A stretch of DNA of 64,000 nucleotides from Chrysomallon squamiferum (lineage: Eukaryota > Animalia > Mollusca): positions 23,064,001 to 23,128,000 of the forward strand of contig CM022679.1 in the NCBI GenBank assembly GCA_012295275.1, given 5' to 3'. Of the stretch, positions 1 through 12,642 are shown in pieces. A program made the position numbers and the translations under genes. The notes beneath the pieces are model-generated. The model did no database searches. It saw nothing but the letters and a program-made list of their open reading frames with translations, and was not told the DNA's origin. Every line of letters starts with the position of its first letter. Positions within the stretch are counted from its first letter, which is position 1.

Positions 1-30
1 AATATTTGAATAAACGGGGGATGTTTCTAA

Positions 31-74
<44 letters not shown>

Positions 75-127
75 CAACAACAACAACAACAACGAAATAG
101 ATTCTAAAATAATTTAGACTGCACAAG

Positions 128-202
<75 letters not shown>

Positions 203-983
203 GAAGCTTACAAGTTCATCAGTAATAATATATAAAAATTCTGTCGTTAGCCAAATGATGTTATTTTAAGACAAATACTTATTTATACTTAGTTAAACTC
301 TGCCAGTCTGATATATCATCATTAACACTATCATCAGTTTCTGTGGCGGCCATCTTGTATGATATAACCTGATTTGCATAAATAAAACTCTTCTAATTAT
401 TTTCAGTTAATGTTATTAATTAAGTCCAGTTTTCTGGTTGCTCTATATCGTAATCTTAATACGTTGTGGAATGTCACAATTAACCAGGTTACCCACAACA
501 GCTTTGTCTCCTGCTGCTGGATTCGCCCAAAATATCGTAAAGTACCGTAACGTTACGTAACCACAAATTGTCAAAAGGGATCTAATTGCATAGTTATTTA
601 AAATAAAACTTTTTCAATCATAATAAATTTCATTCGCAAATAATTATGAAAGAAATTTGGTAACTGAACGAAAATACACATAAAAAAAAAAAAAAAAAAA
701 AATCACGGAATGACATTAAACTATCGATAATTACATGATTATTAACATTCATTTACCTTTAAATTATCGATAATACATTATCGATTGCAACCATTACTCA
801 CAATGCAGTCCATTGTTGGCATAATAAAGTTCGGTGGTAACTGAACTGTTACAGTAATAGAATGAAAAACACTTTATTTGAACATGATTTTATAATAACC
901 TCTTTCTCTTTTATTATAATATTTATTCATATTTTACATAAATATTTGATATATATATATTTGATATATAAATATATCATAAC

Positions 984-1028
<45 letters not shown>

Positions 1029-1054
1029 TATTAGGAGGTCGGAGTCGCTAATAC

Positions 1055-1098
<44 letters not shown>

Positions 1099-1320
1099 TT
1101 TGTATTAATTAACTAATTAATTTTTACTGAACTATTTTACACTGTGATTATTTTGTCTCATCAGTATAAAATGCTTCGATGTAAAGTTTTGTAAATATTT
1201 GCCCGATTAATTTCCTAGCTCGTGTTGATAGCGAGATTGAAGTAAATGCAGTTGTCTCCCCTATGTCATTTGTAGTAAATATAATGTTTGGTAGTAACCG
1301 AATCAACATTAGAAATGACG

Positions 1321-1442
1321 TGAGCCGCTCGAGTTGCTATTGCGATAAATATACAAAACAAGCATGCTTAGTCGCAGAAGCTGGTTAAAATCTCTGGAAT
1401 CGACTTTCTAACTGCTGTGACAAAAATACTTGATTATTCCAG
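1321..1442 (+). other. Probable 5'UTR exon of the NCX gene (5' boundary approximate)
   Basis: Strong donor CCAG|GTGAGT at 1443; acceptor CAG(CAG) at 1876-1881 lies just upstream of the ATG at 1907; slightly CpG-richer patch. Confidence 0.45.
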
Positions 1443-1479
1443 GTGAGTTTATTAAGTTTATTAATTGATTATTTATCTA

Positions 1480-1570
<91 letters not shown>

Positions 1571-1906
1571 CAATAACAACAACTATTATTATGATATTAT
1601 TATATATGAAATATTATAATTAAAAATATAAAATATATATATTACTATAAAAGAGAAACAGGTAAATAACGTTTTTTATTTTGATAAATTAATTTTCTTT
1701 ACAATAATATTAATAATGTTTTACTTTTATGAATTTATTTGAAACATATGTTAGAATTACATAATCACACAAATCCATCAATACTGTTAACATCAAATTA
1801 AATTGAAAATAAATCATAATATTAAAAAAAAAAAATAATAATAATAATAATTTAACCAAAAATATATCTTTACCACAGCAGAAGTGACATCATCAACATC
1901 AGCAGA

Positions 1907-2594
1907 ATGACATCCAACACCTCCACGTGTAACATTAACAGCTACCAGTGCTCCGATGTTGGTCTTCTCATGCCCTTTGTTAACGAATACACATGGCCAT
2001 TAGCTGTTCGAGGCTTCATCTACTTGTTTGGTCTGCTGTGGAGCTTCATGGCTGTTTCCATTGTCGCAGACGTCTTCATGTGCGCCATTGAGACCATCAC
2101 CAGCAAAACCAGAACCATCCGGATTCCCAATCCTAAGTCTGCAAGCGGGTATAACGAGTTCGAAATCAAGGTGTGGAATGACACGGTCGCCAATTTAACC
2201 CTCATGGCTCTTGGCTCGAGTGCCCCGGAAATTCTCCTGTCATGCATCGAAATAATTGGAAACAATTTCACCGCCGGAGACCTGGGTCCGAGCACCATCG
2301 TCGGATCGGCAGCGTTCAATCTGTTGTGCATCATCGGCATTTGCATTTTTGCTATACCTGACGGTGAAACGAGAACTGTCCGCTATGTGAAGGTGTTTGC
2401 AGTAACAAGTGTGTTCTGTGTCTTTGCTTACGTGTGGCTGGTGATCATCCTCGTCGTCATCACTCCAGACTACATCGACATCTGGGAGGCGCTGGTTACG
2501 TTTCTCTTCTTCCCGGTTCTGATTTTAGTGGCTTACATGGCCGACAAGGATTACTGCTCAAAGAAACACGAAGATACAGACACTTTCGGACTGG
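1907..2594 (+). CDS. NCX: NCX coding exon 1 (TM1-5, alpha-1 repeat)
   Basis: ORF 1907..2605 with GSSAPE motif; donor CTGG|GTAAGT, phase 1. Confidence 0.95.
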
Positions 2595-4148
2595 GTAAGT
2601 TGTGATGAATTACGTTTTTTCAATATTCGTGTTATTGTATTATATCATATAGTCATCATGTTGTGTCTGCATGTGTCATGTCTTACGATATATTACTTAT
2701 TTATCTATTTATATATATATATACACAGATATAACTATGTGTATATATATTATGTGTGTGTATATTTGTGTGTACATATGTATATCTATACATATACACA
2801 ATACATACCTTCATAAACACACATCTATATGTTTATATATACACAAACCTACATATTTACCTATATAAACACACACCTGTGCATCTGATCTTTTCTTCTC
2901 ATTAATGTTAAATTTGGTATTTATAGCTTTATGTTTTCAGTAATAGTTGTAGTAGTAGTCATAATAATGATAATTATGATGGTGATAAAATAATAATAAT
3001 AAAAGTAAGATTATAACAACAGTAGTAATAGTATTAATAATAATAATAATAATAATAATTAATAATAACAATAATATTAATAATAATAATATAACAATAA
3101 TAGTATTAATAATAATCATAATAATATTAATAATAATAATATAACAATAATAGTATTAATAATAATAATGATAATATGTTTTAACATGGCAAAGCAGCTG
3201 AGGGAAAGTTTATAATATTATATAGTAACAGTAAATAAAATAAACGAATAAAATAAAAACATAATAAAAATATTAGTTCCCCATAAATACATAATGATTT
3301 CAAGCAAGTTCATTTTGTTCACATGTTATTTTTATTGTGCTTATAAAAGTCATTATCTTGCAGTAAAAGATTTGTCTTAAGTATGGTTATATGGGATAAA
3401 TTTATGTTGGTGACTTTCTGTACCTGCTTCTTGTTTTACTTATAACAATCATTAGCCTATTTTCCATTCAAACTAGTACTCTTGGTCTTATTTCACACAT
3501 TAAATTATTTGCAATTCTATACTGTACAAATGGCCTATACTATACTGTGACTACTTTGATATTACATTTTCTCCAAATCCAAACAATATCTCCTAAATTT
3601 TGGATTTTATACCTCCATTTGTTTGTCAGAAATAGCAAATATCTTGACAAACAACCGAAAAGAAAAAAAAATCATTATGTTCTGTTGATGCTGTTAAATA
3701 AAACATTGCATAAGCACACTTTAAAAAAATCAATACTCGTTACTGAGTAGGTGTGACGATGCTGATGGAACCCATGACGTTGTTTATGATGGTTTTTCAG
3801 TCATGCGTACCTGATAAGTGCACCTGAACTGTTTCTTCGTTACATGTACAGGTATATTAATTATTAATACCTGTGGCTATATTGAGACTGTTCATCTTCT
3901 CGGGCAATGACTTAGGAGTACTTACAATATTGTTTGTGAATTGGGCAATAGTTTATTATTTGTTAGAGGTATTGATTGTTTTTATCAGTAACATAAATCT
4001 GAAAAGGCTGAGTCACAAATATGAATTTTTTTTTTTTTTAATTTTTATATTTTTTTTTTTATTCTTTTGTTTGTTACGAAAAGTATACAAACCAAAACAT
4101 GTACATGTATCTATAAAAAGTGTGTATCTTCTATATGGTAATGTGTGT

Positions 4149-4201
<53 letters not shown>

Positions 4202-6427
4202 CATTAGCACCATAGCAATCACCTTTATGTGCTATCCAAGTTCGTGTACACTTTTATATAACAATCACACGCCATTATATAAACACATACAAGAAAAGTA
4301 CTCCTAAAAAAACTTACATATTTAATAAAGAAATATAACTATTGTGCCAGGCAATGAAATGAATGAAAAGTTAGTATAATACAGGTGTACACTGATTTAT
4401 ATTTGAACAAGATTTCTAAAGAAAGAAATCTAGGTGTGTCTGTGTGTTACCTGAACTGAATCAATGGTCTCTGTTGTGATATGTTACTATGACAATCTTG
4501 ATTGTCATGCTGATATAGTTCAGTGATTGAGTGTATTTATAAACATCAATGTTATGAAACTCTCACTGAAAAGCATATTAAGAAGAAGATGGAAAAACAA
4601 TTAAATCAATAAATAAATAAATAAAAATATTAATAATAATTAAAAAAAATAAAACTTAAACACAAATAATGTAAATTGTAGTAGTATTAAAAAGAAAAAT
4701 TTATACAAAATTTTAATGTATTTTCTTAATGTTCTTTCTTAAAATTAATATGAAGTTTTTTACTGAAAAGTATATGAAGATAAAACAATAGATGTGATAA
4801 AATGCAATGGTTTTAATGGAGAAATAAAAAAAATGATTTAAAATTAAATTCTTAACAGTAATGTCCATTTCTAAAATTAATATTATGAAATCTGTCACTG
4901 AAGGATATTTAAAAAAATAATAATAATAATAATAAATGTTTTATGAAATTAAAGAATTATCAAATAAATTTTCATATTCTTCATATCTAAAAGTTAATAA
5001 TATGAAACTTTTTACTCAAATATGATTATAATATTAATTTAATATGAATTTCAAAAATAAGAAAATAATGATATATATATATATATATATATATAGATTT
5101 TATTTGTTAGTATATGAATGGACGTATGGCTGAAGTATGTATGTATGTTTGTATGTATATGTCTAAATGTCTTTTTAAGTGGGTATGGGATGATATTGTA
5201 TGGGATGATATTTTATAGGCAGGTAAATTTATATTTAAATGCAGCTGTATTATAAAATATGTTTATCTGCTTATCAGAAAGGTTTTACACAATAGTTTAT
5301 ATATTCACCTGTATTTATTTTCACCTGCTTTTCACATTGTCTTTGTTTTCTTTTGTTTTTTTACCAGCTATGCCATGTCCCACAGGTAAATTAATTAGTT
5401 GGTTTTTATTATTTTTGTTGTTGTTTACATTTTGTTATTTTTTTGTTGTTGTTGGGTTTTTTTTTGACACAGGAGGGATTGTTTGTTCATTATTTTATTT
5501 TATTTTATTTTATTTATATTTTATTCATTTTTAATTTTTAAAAAACAATTTATATATTTTTTTTTTATTTTTTTATTTCACTAACCTATTTAATAAGCAT
5601 GTTATTCTATTTGATAACTAATTGTCCACTTCACATTTTATGCTTGTATCACATGATCAGTTTAATTGTTTTAGCTTGTTTATTATGTTAATTAGTATAC
5701 ATTTCATTAATTACCTGGTCATTTATATACTGCTATAATAAATTTTCTAGTTTGCAGTTTCATTCAGTGGCAAAACAAAACCACTTAATTTAGTTATTTA
5801 TGCTACGAAATTAACTTTTATATTTAGAGCAAATTTTCAGCTTATTTTATTTTTCATATTTATTTATTTATTTATTTATTTATTTATTTCAGTTTTTAAT
5901 ATTCATTTCAGTAACATAAATTTAATTTTATTACATTTTATCATTTTATTATTATTAATCTGAGTTAATTATTTATTTTTGTATTCTAGTTATCTGTCCA
6001 TCTATCTGTCTGACTCTCTATCAATTTATCTATCTATTTATTCACACATTCAGATTTGATTTATTTCTTCAGACATCATTTTACAATGTAAATACATTTT
6101 GTATTTCTTCAGATGACTTTTTCACTTATTTCTAACTTATTTGTTAACTTCCAGTATCATTACAGAGATCATTTAGGAAAAGACATAACAAACTTTTCTT
6201 CTTTTTATCACCATACTACAGTGAAATAAAATGATATGCTTTATTACAGAACATTTAACTCAGCTATATCAATAATCTGGATGTATATGAACATTTCAAT
6301 AAAAACATTTATTTAGACTATTTTTTCAGACCATTATATACATTATTATAAATGTAATTATTATTCTGTTAAGAAAAGAATACACATTATATATATTTTT
6401 ACGTTATATTTCTTTAAACTCTTAACA

Positions 6428-6485
<58 letters not shown>

Positions 6486-6871
6486 ACATTTTGCTACTGA
6501 ATTAATTTTCAGTTTTTTTGTTTTTTGTTTTTCTGCACATTTTCTCCAATCAGCACAGACAACAGACACTGATGTTATAATAATACTTGATAATTTCATT
6601 TTAATTATGGATATTATAATAACTAGTACATAAATATTTTCTGAAGCATAATTTGTATACATTTGTCTTTATCTCTGCTTATATATGAATCTGTATGAAA
6701 ATGTGTTTATGTGTGTGCATAGAGTTGTGTTTGTGTGTGTGTGTGTGTGTGTTTTTGTTTGTGTGTGTGTTTTCTGTTAATGTTTGGGAATGTGTGTGTT
6801 TGTGTCTGTGTTTGTGCATGTGTATGTGAATGTTTCAGAATATATATGTGTGTTTGTGCCAGTAATCATGT

Positions 6872-6903
<32 letters not shown>

Positions 6904-7070
6904 CTGTGTGTGTGTGTATGTGTGTTTGTGTGTGTGCATGTGTATACTCTGTGAATGTTTCAGAATATATGTTTTGTGCCAGTAATCATGTGTGTGTATG
7001 TATCTGTGTGTGCACATGTGTGTGTGTATACTCTGATTATTTGTGAATATATATGTTTTTGTGTTAGTTA

Positions 7071-7115
<45 letters not shown>

Positions 7116-7854
7116 TGGGTGGGTGTGGTGAACCTACATATACAAATTTATAATATCTCTTAGTCTCTGCATTCTTTTTTAAACACCATTTCACTAATAT
7201 TTATAGTCCATGAAATATAATTTGCTACTGCACACTACACTAAAATTGGTCCGCAATAATTTGACTAATACCAAAAATATATTTTTCCATTCTTTCTAGA
7301 TGTGGACACCCCAAATCGGGCCTGTCAAGCTTTGATTGTAGAGCTTATAAAGGTACAGTACATTTTATTCTTAACAAATATTCATCAGAATTATATATAT
7401 ATAATTCTTAAGATGCATTTTTATTTTTATTATTATTATTGTTGTTGTTGTTGTTATTGTTTCTGTTGTTGATGTTGTTATTTTTATTATTGTTATTATT
7501 ATTACTATTATTGTTGTTTTTGTTGCTGTTATTATTATAATAATAAAATTGTTATTACCATTATCATTATTATTATTATTATGATTATCGTCATAATCAT
7601 TACTTTTGTTGTAGTTATTATTATTATCATTTATTATTATTATTATTATTATTGTTATTGGTATCATTTTTATTATTAATATTGTTGTTACCGTTATCAT
7701 TAGTATTATTATGATTATCATCATCATCATCATTATAATTACTTTCATCATCGTCTTCATCATCATTATTATTATTACTACACTATGATTATTATTATTA
7801 TTATTGTTATTATTATTATTATGATTATTGTTATTATTATTATCATTATTATTA

Positions 7855-7888
<34 letters not shown>

Positions 7889-7996
7889 CACTATTATTAT
7901 CATTATTATTATTATTATTATTATTATCACTATTATTATCATTATTATTTCATTATTATTATTATTATCATTATTATTATTATTATCATTATCATT

Positions 7997-8037
<41 letters not shown>

Positions 8038-8750
8038 TATCATTATTATCATTATCATTATTATCATCATCATTATTATCATTATTATTATTATCATTAT
8101 CATTATTATTATTATCATTATTATTATTATTATTATTATCATCATTATTATTATTATTTCAGAAACTCAGTAAAGACCCGTCTGTTGATGAAAATGATGA
8201 AGCGAAGCTGGCCGCTGCTTTGGTTTCTCAGAAATCGTCTCATGACCGAGGCTGGTATCGCGTGAACGCAATCAGAAACCTGACAGGATCAAATCGCCTG
8301 GAGCCACAAGTCAACGAACGACAGAAGGAGGTATGGTCTGTGGAGAAATGAATGAATATTTAACAGCCTCCCTGCATAACGAAAAGATAGATTAATAGTT
8401 AGGTCGTCTTGTTTGAAAATAAATGAAAATGATGATGATAATCTGCCAAGAGGTAAAGAAAATGTTTCTGTTACTGGATTTAGGGGAAAATAAATAATAA
8501 AATAAGCTGTACAGCTGCAAATAAAAGCTTTTCAAATCCTGATTTAGAGAAAATATTTAATAAAATATGTTATACAGCTGCAGAGAAATTTTTTTTCAGT
8601 TACTGGATTTATGGAAAATAACTAATAAAATAAGCTGTAAAGTTATAAAGAACCATTTGCATATTTGTAATGTAACTAGCTTAAAAAAAATTACATATAT
8701 CATGAATGAATATTTAAAATAATATCCTAATAAGAGGAGGTGTTAATAAT

Positions 8751-8796
<46 letters not shown>

Positions 8797-9189
8797 AAAT
8801 AAAATAAAATAAAATAACTAAAAACCCTATTTTTTTTATTTTTTTTTTAAACACACAGTTACAAAATAACTGGATAATCTTTTTGGAATGAAAACCACAT
8901 AAAAAATGAACACAGACTTTTAGTCTACATTCTCTATAAAGTAAGACATTTTTTTTCTCATTCAATCACTCAGTGATTTTGTAGTCTAAGATTACATAGA
9001 ATCACCTACATGATTATAATGATCAGAAAATTTAATGCTGTGACTCAGAGTGCAAATGTTGTTGTTTTTTAATATTAGCAATAAGGAATATTTTATATGC
9101 ACCCTTCCATATACTGTAAAATTCACACCATGCTATTTGATTAACCTGTGGATGATTTAGAAATTTAAAATAAAAGAGAAAAAAAAAAG

Positions 9190-9252
<63 letters not shown>

Positions 9253-9509
9253 GGTCCAATAACCATTTATGACTCGGCACATAAATAACCCAAATGTTGT
9301 TGTTAGAATGGATAAATTAATATTTAATAATGCTCCAGCAGATATTCATTTTGTCTTCTGCTAGGAATTAATGAAAGTTTAATGATGTGGTAAGAATATG
9401 TTGTGTGATGTTCTTGTTGTATTAAATGTCAGTGTGAATTAACACTTAAAGAAAGCATAGAATACAGAAAAATAATATTAGTTAGTGGTTATTTTATTTT
9501 ATTTTATTG

Positions 9510-9554
<45 letters not shown>

Positions 9555-10444
9555 TTTATTTAATAATAAATATTTTTTAAATTTATTTTTTGTACTATTT
9601 TTTTAAATTTATTATTTTTACAAATTTAATATAATTTTTATATCAGTTCTTTTTTCTTTTTATTGATATTATATTTTATTTATCCATTTATTATCATATT
9701 TTTAATCTTGCTTTCAGCTTTATGTTTTTATATATATTTATATATTCCTTTTTGGTATGTTTTGTTTGTTTATACATTATATGTTTATTATACACAGTTG
9801 ATGTATATATTTTTTAATTATTATTCACATATAACTGACACACATTATGTTCCAAAAGAGTTTTTTTTTCTCTCTCTCTCTCTCTCTCTGTATATATGTA
9901 TGTGTGTATGTGTGTGCATATAGATACAATACATGTATGTATGTGTATAAAATGTATTTGTGTGTATGTATGTATAAATATATTTCTTGTTTATTTATTT
10001 AGCTGTTGGAGAAGCTGATTGCTGGTGAAGATCTTGGTTCAACGGTGTCTCTGCAGTGCAGAATGGAGGACTACGCTCATGCTGTGGTTGAGTGGGATGC
10101 TGCAGCAGTTGCTGTCCCAGAATGTGACAAACAAGTCAAACTTGTCATCATCAGACACGGAAACACAGCAAACAGAATTCTTGTAAAGTAACTAGTTTTA
10201 TAGTGTTCTTTATTTTTGTGGTCTTTTACTGTTTGTTTTTATTTTTTTATTTATTTATTTTTTTTTTTCATTCATATTTTGCTTTGTTCTTTTTGTTTCA
10301 TGAATCTTAAAATACATGTTTTCTGAAACTAATTATAATTATTATTTTTTTAAATATTTAATATTTCTTATTTTATTTATTTGCAAGTTTCTTTCTTTCT
10401 TTATGTATATGTTTGTATGTTTATTTATTTATTTGTTTGTTTGT

Positions 10445-10495
<51 letters not shown>

Positions 10496-12045
10496 TTATT
10501 TTTTTAATGTTTATTTGATTCTGAAATAAAGTTAGAGAAATCCATGCAACTTCATAACATTTTTATTTTTAAACTTTATTATCAGCAAAGATTAAATTCA
10601 GAAAATGTTCACTTGTAAGATATGTCTACATTTTATATTTTATTTTATTTTATTTTATTTATTTTATTTTGTTTCTAGAGTAGAAACATTTGATGGAACT
10701 GCAGAAGCTGGTAGTGATTACAAGCCAATCAAGGACACTCTGGTGTTTGAACAAAACGAATGTTCTAAGACGATTCAGGTTGAGATAATAGACGACAACG
10801 AATGGGAGCCCGACGAGGTCTTCTTTGTCAAGCTCTCTGTGGAATCAGACCAACTGGCCAAAGTGGGCAAGAGACAGATCTGTCAGGTCACAATCCTCAA
10901 TGATGATGGCAAGTAAATTTATTAATTAGAAAATTAATTAAACTGGTCAAAAGCAGACAAGCAATGCATTGATTATTATCTACGATTTAGAACTATCAAT
11001 CAATATGTATGGTCTGGTTTTAAGTAATGCCCTTTAATAATTCATTTGTATGAAATGAAATAAATGTGTGTGTATATAATGTACTATAAGAACATTTTTA
11101 CATTTTGTTTGCAAAATACATATATAAAAACTAAAACATGTGTGGTAAGTTACACAGAATTAGATGACAAAAATGGAAAAAAGATAAGGATGTTATTTTC
11201 ACCATACCCAATATTTATTTTATCACTAATGAACTGCCTGACATCTTGGAAGAAATAAATGTATTATAATCACAATAAACTAACCCAGATTTGGCAATAA
11301 GAAAATGTTTATTATCATCTCAGCGAAATGGCTTGGATTTGACGAACAATACCTTTACGTTTATCACCATAAACATATGCAGTGTTTTTAAGAAATAAAT
11401 TTCTTGTCGTTGTTGTTATTCAAGATTGGTTTTGGAATTGGCAAGTGCTGGTTTGCTGATGCTGCCACTGTTAAATTGATTATGATGTTAATTTATTATT
11501 TATTAAAAATAATGAGTTCAGACTGGTCTCAATTTGGCAACACTGTGGATTGGTTAGATCATCTCATTTAAAAGTTAATCAAGCACAGGGAGTCTAAATG
11601 TCTCAGGTTACAACAGTGGTAACTGGTAATAAACTAGTAATGAGATATAAACAGAAAGGAGGAATAGGACTGTGACATTTAGGTTTTGAAGAACTCAACA
11701 CTTTCTGATTATGTGTATATAAACAGACACCCACAGATGTACACACACACACACATACAGATACATATACACACATGCATACACTTACACACATATACAC
11801 ACATACACACTCTTACATACACATATACACAGACACATGCACACACACACACACGTGTACAAACATTTGCATGTAGTATTTATATATGTATGTATGAATA
11901 TGAATATATATATATTTATGTATATATCCATGCATAAAGATGTAATCACATTCATGCATAGTTATTTACATCCTACTAACAAACACATACACAATATTCA
12001 TGTACAGACATATAACACACAAATAGATACACACACCCACCCACC

Positions 12046-12077
<32 letters not shown>

Positions 12078-12575
12078 GAGACACAAACACACCTGTACGT
12101 CTACTAATAAAATCAACAATGGACCAATCAACTTGTTTCAGATCCTGGAACTTTCGGATTCTCGTCTCCGAGTTTTGTCTTCAAGGAGAGTGCTGGCACA
12201 GCGACGATATCTGTGGACAGGAAAAACGGAGCAGATGGCAAAGCCTCAGTATTCTGGACAACCAAGGACAAGACAGCAATTAGTGGCAAGGATTACAAAG
12301 GGGGAAGTGGAGAGTTAGTGTTCCTGAATGGCGAGATAAAGAAATTTATTGAAATTGAGATAATGGACGATAAGGTACTTTTTTTTTTTTTTTTTATTCT
12401 TTGTTTCGTCGATGTCATTTAACAAAGCAGCCTTTCTGTATTTTTTTGTTCCAACTGGTTTATGTGAAATATTTATTTCAGTACATGTTGATGTAATTTA
12501 TATCCAAAACATAAAGGTAATGGTAATGAAGCTTGAGTATTTGAATGATATACTGTTGTTATTACTATTATTACA

Positions 12576-12642
<67 letters not shown>

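Noticed and set aside
6554-6573. Second possible NCX microexon after a pyrimidine tract
   Set aside because: 20 nt, frame-shifting, with a poor donor (GTTATA).
7371-8265. Poly-Ile/Leu/Tyr/His ORFs (also 33917-34325 and the many CV/TH/IYLF ORFs)
   Set aside because: Translations of ATT/ATC, TG/CA and ATTT microsatellites.
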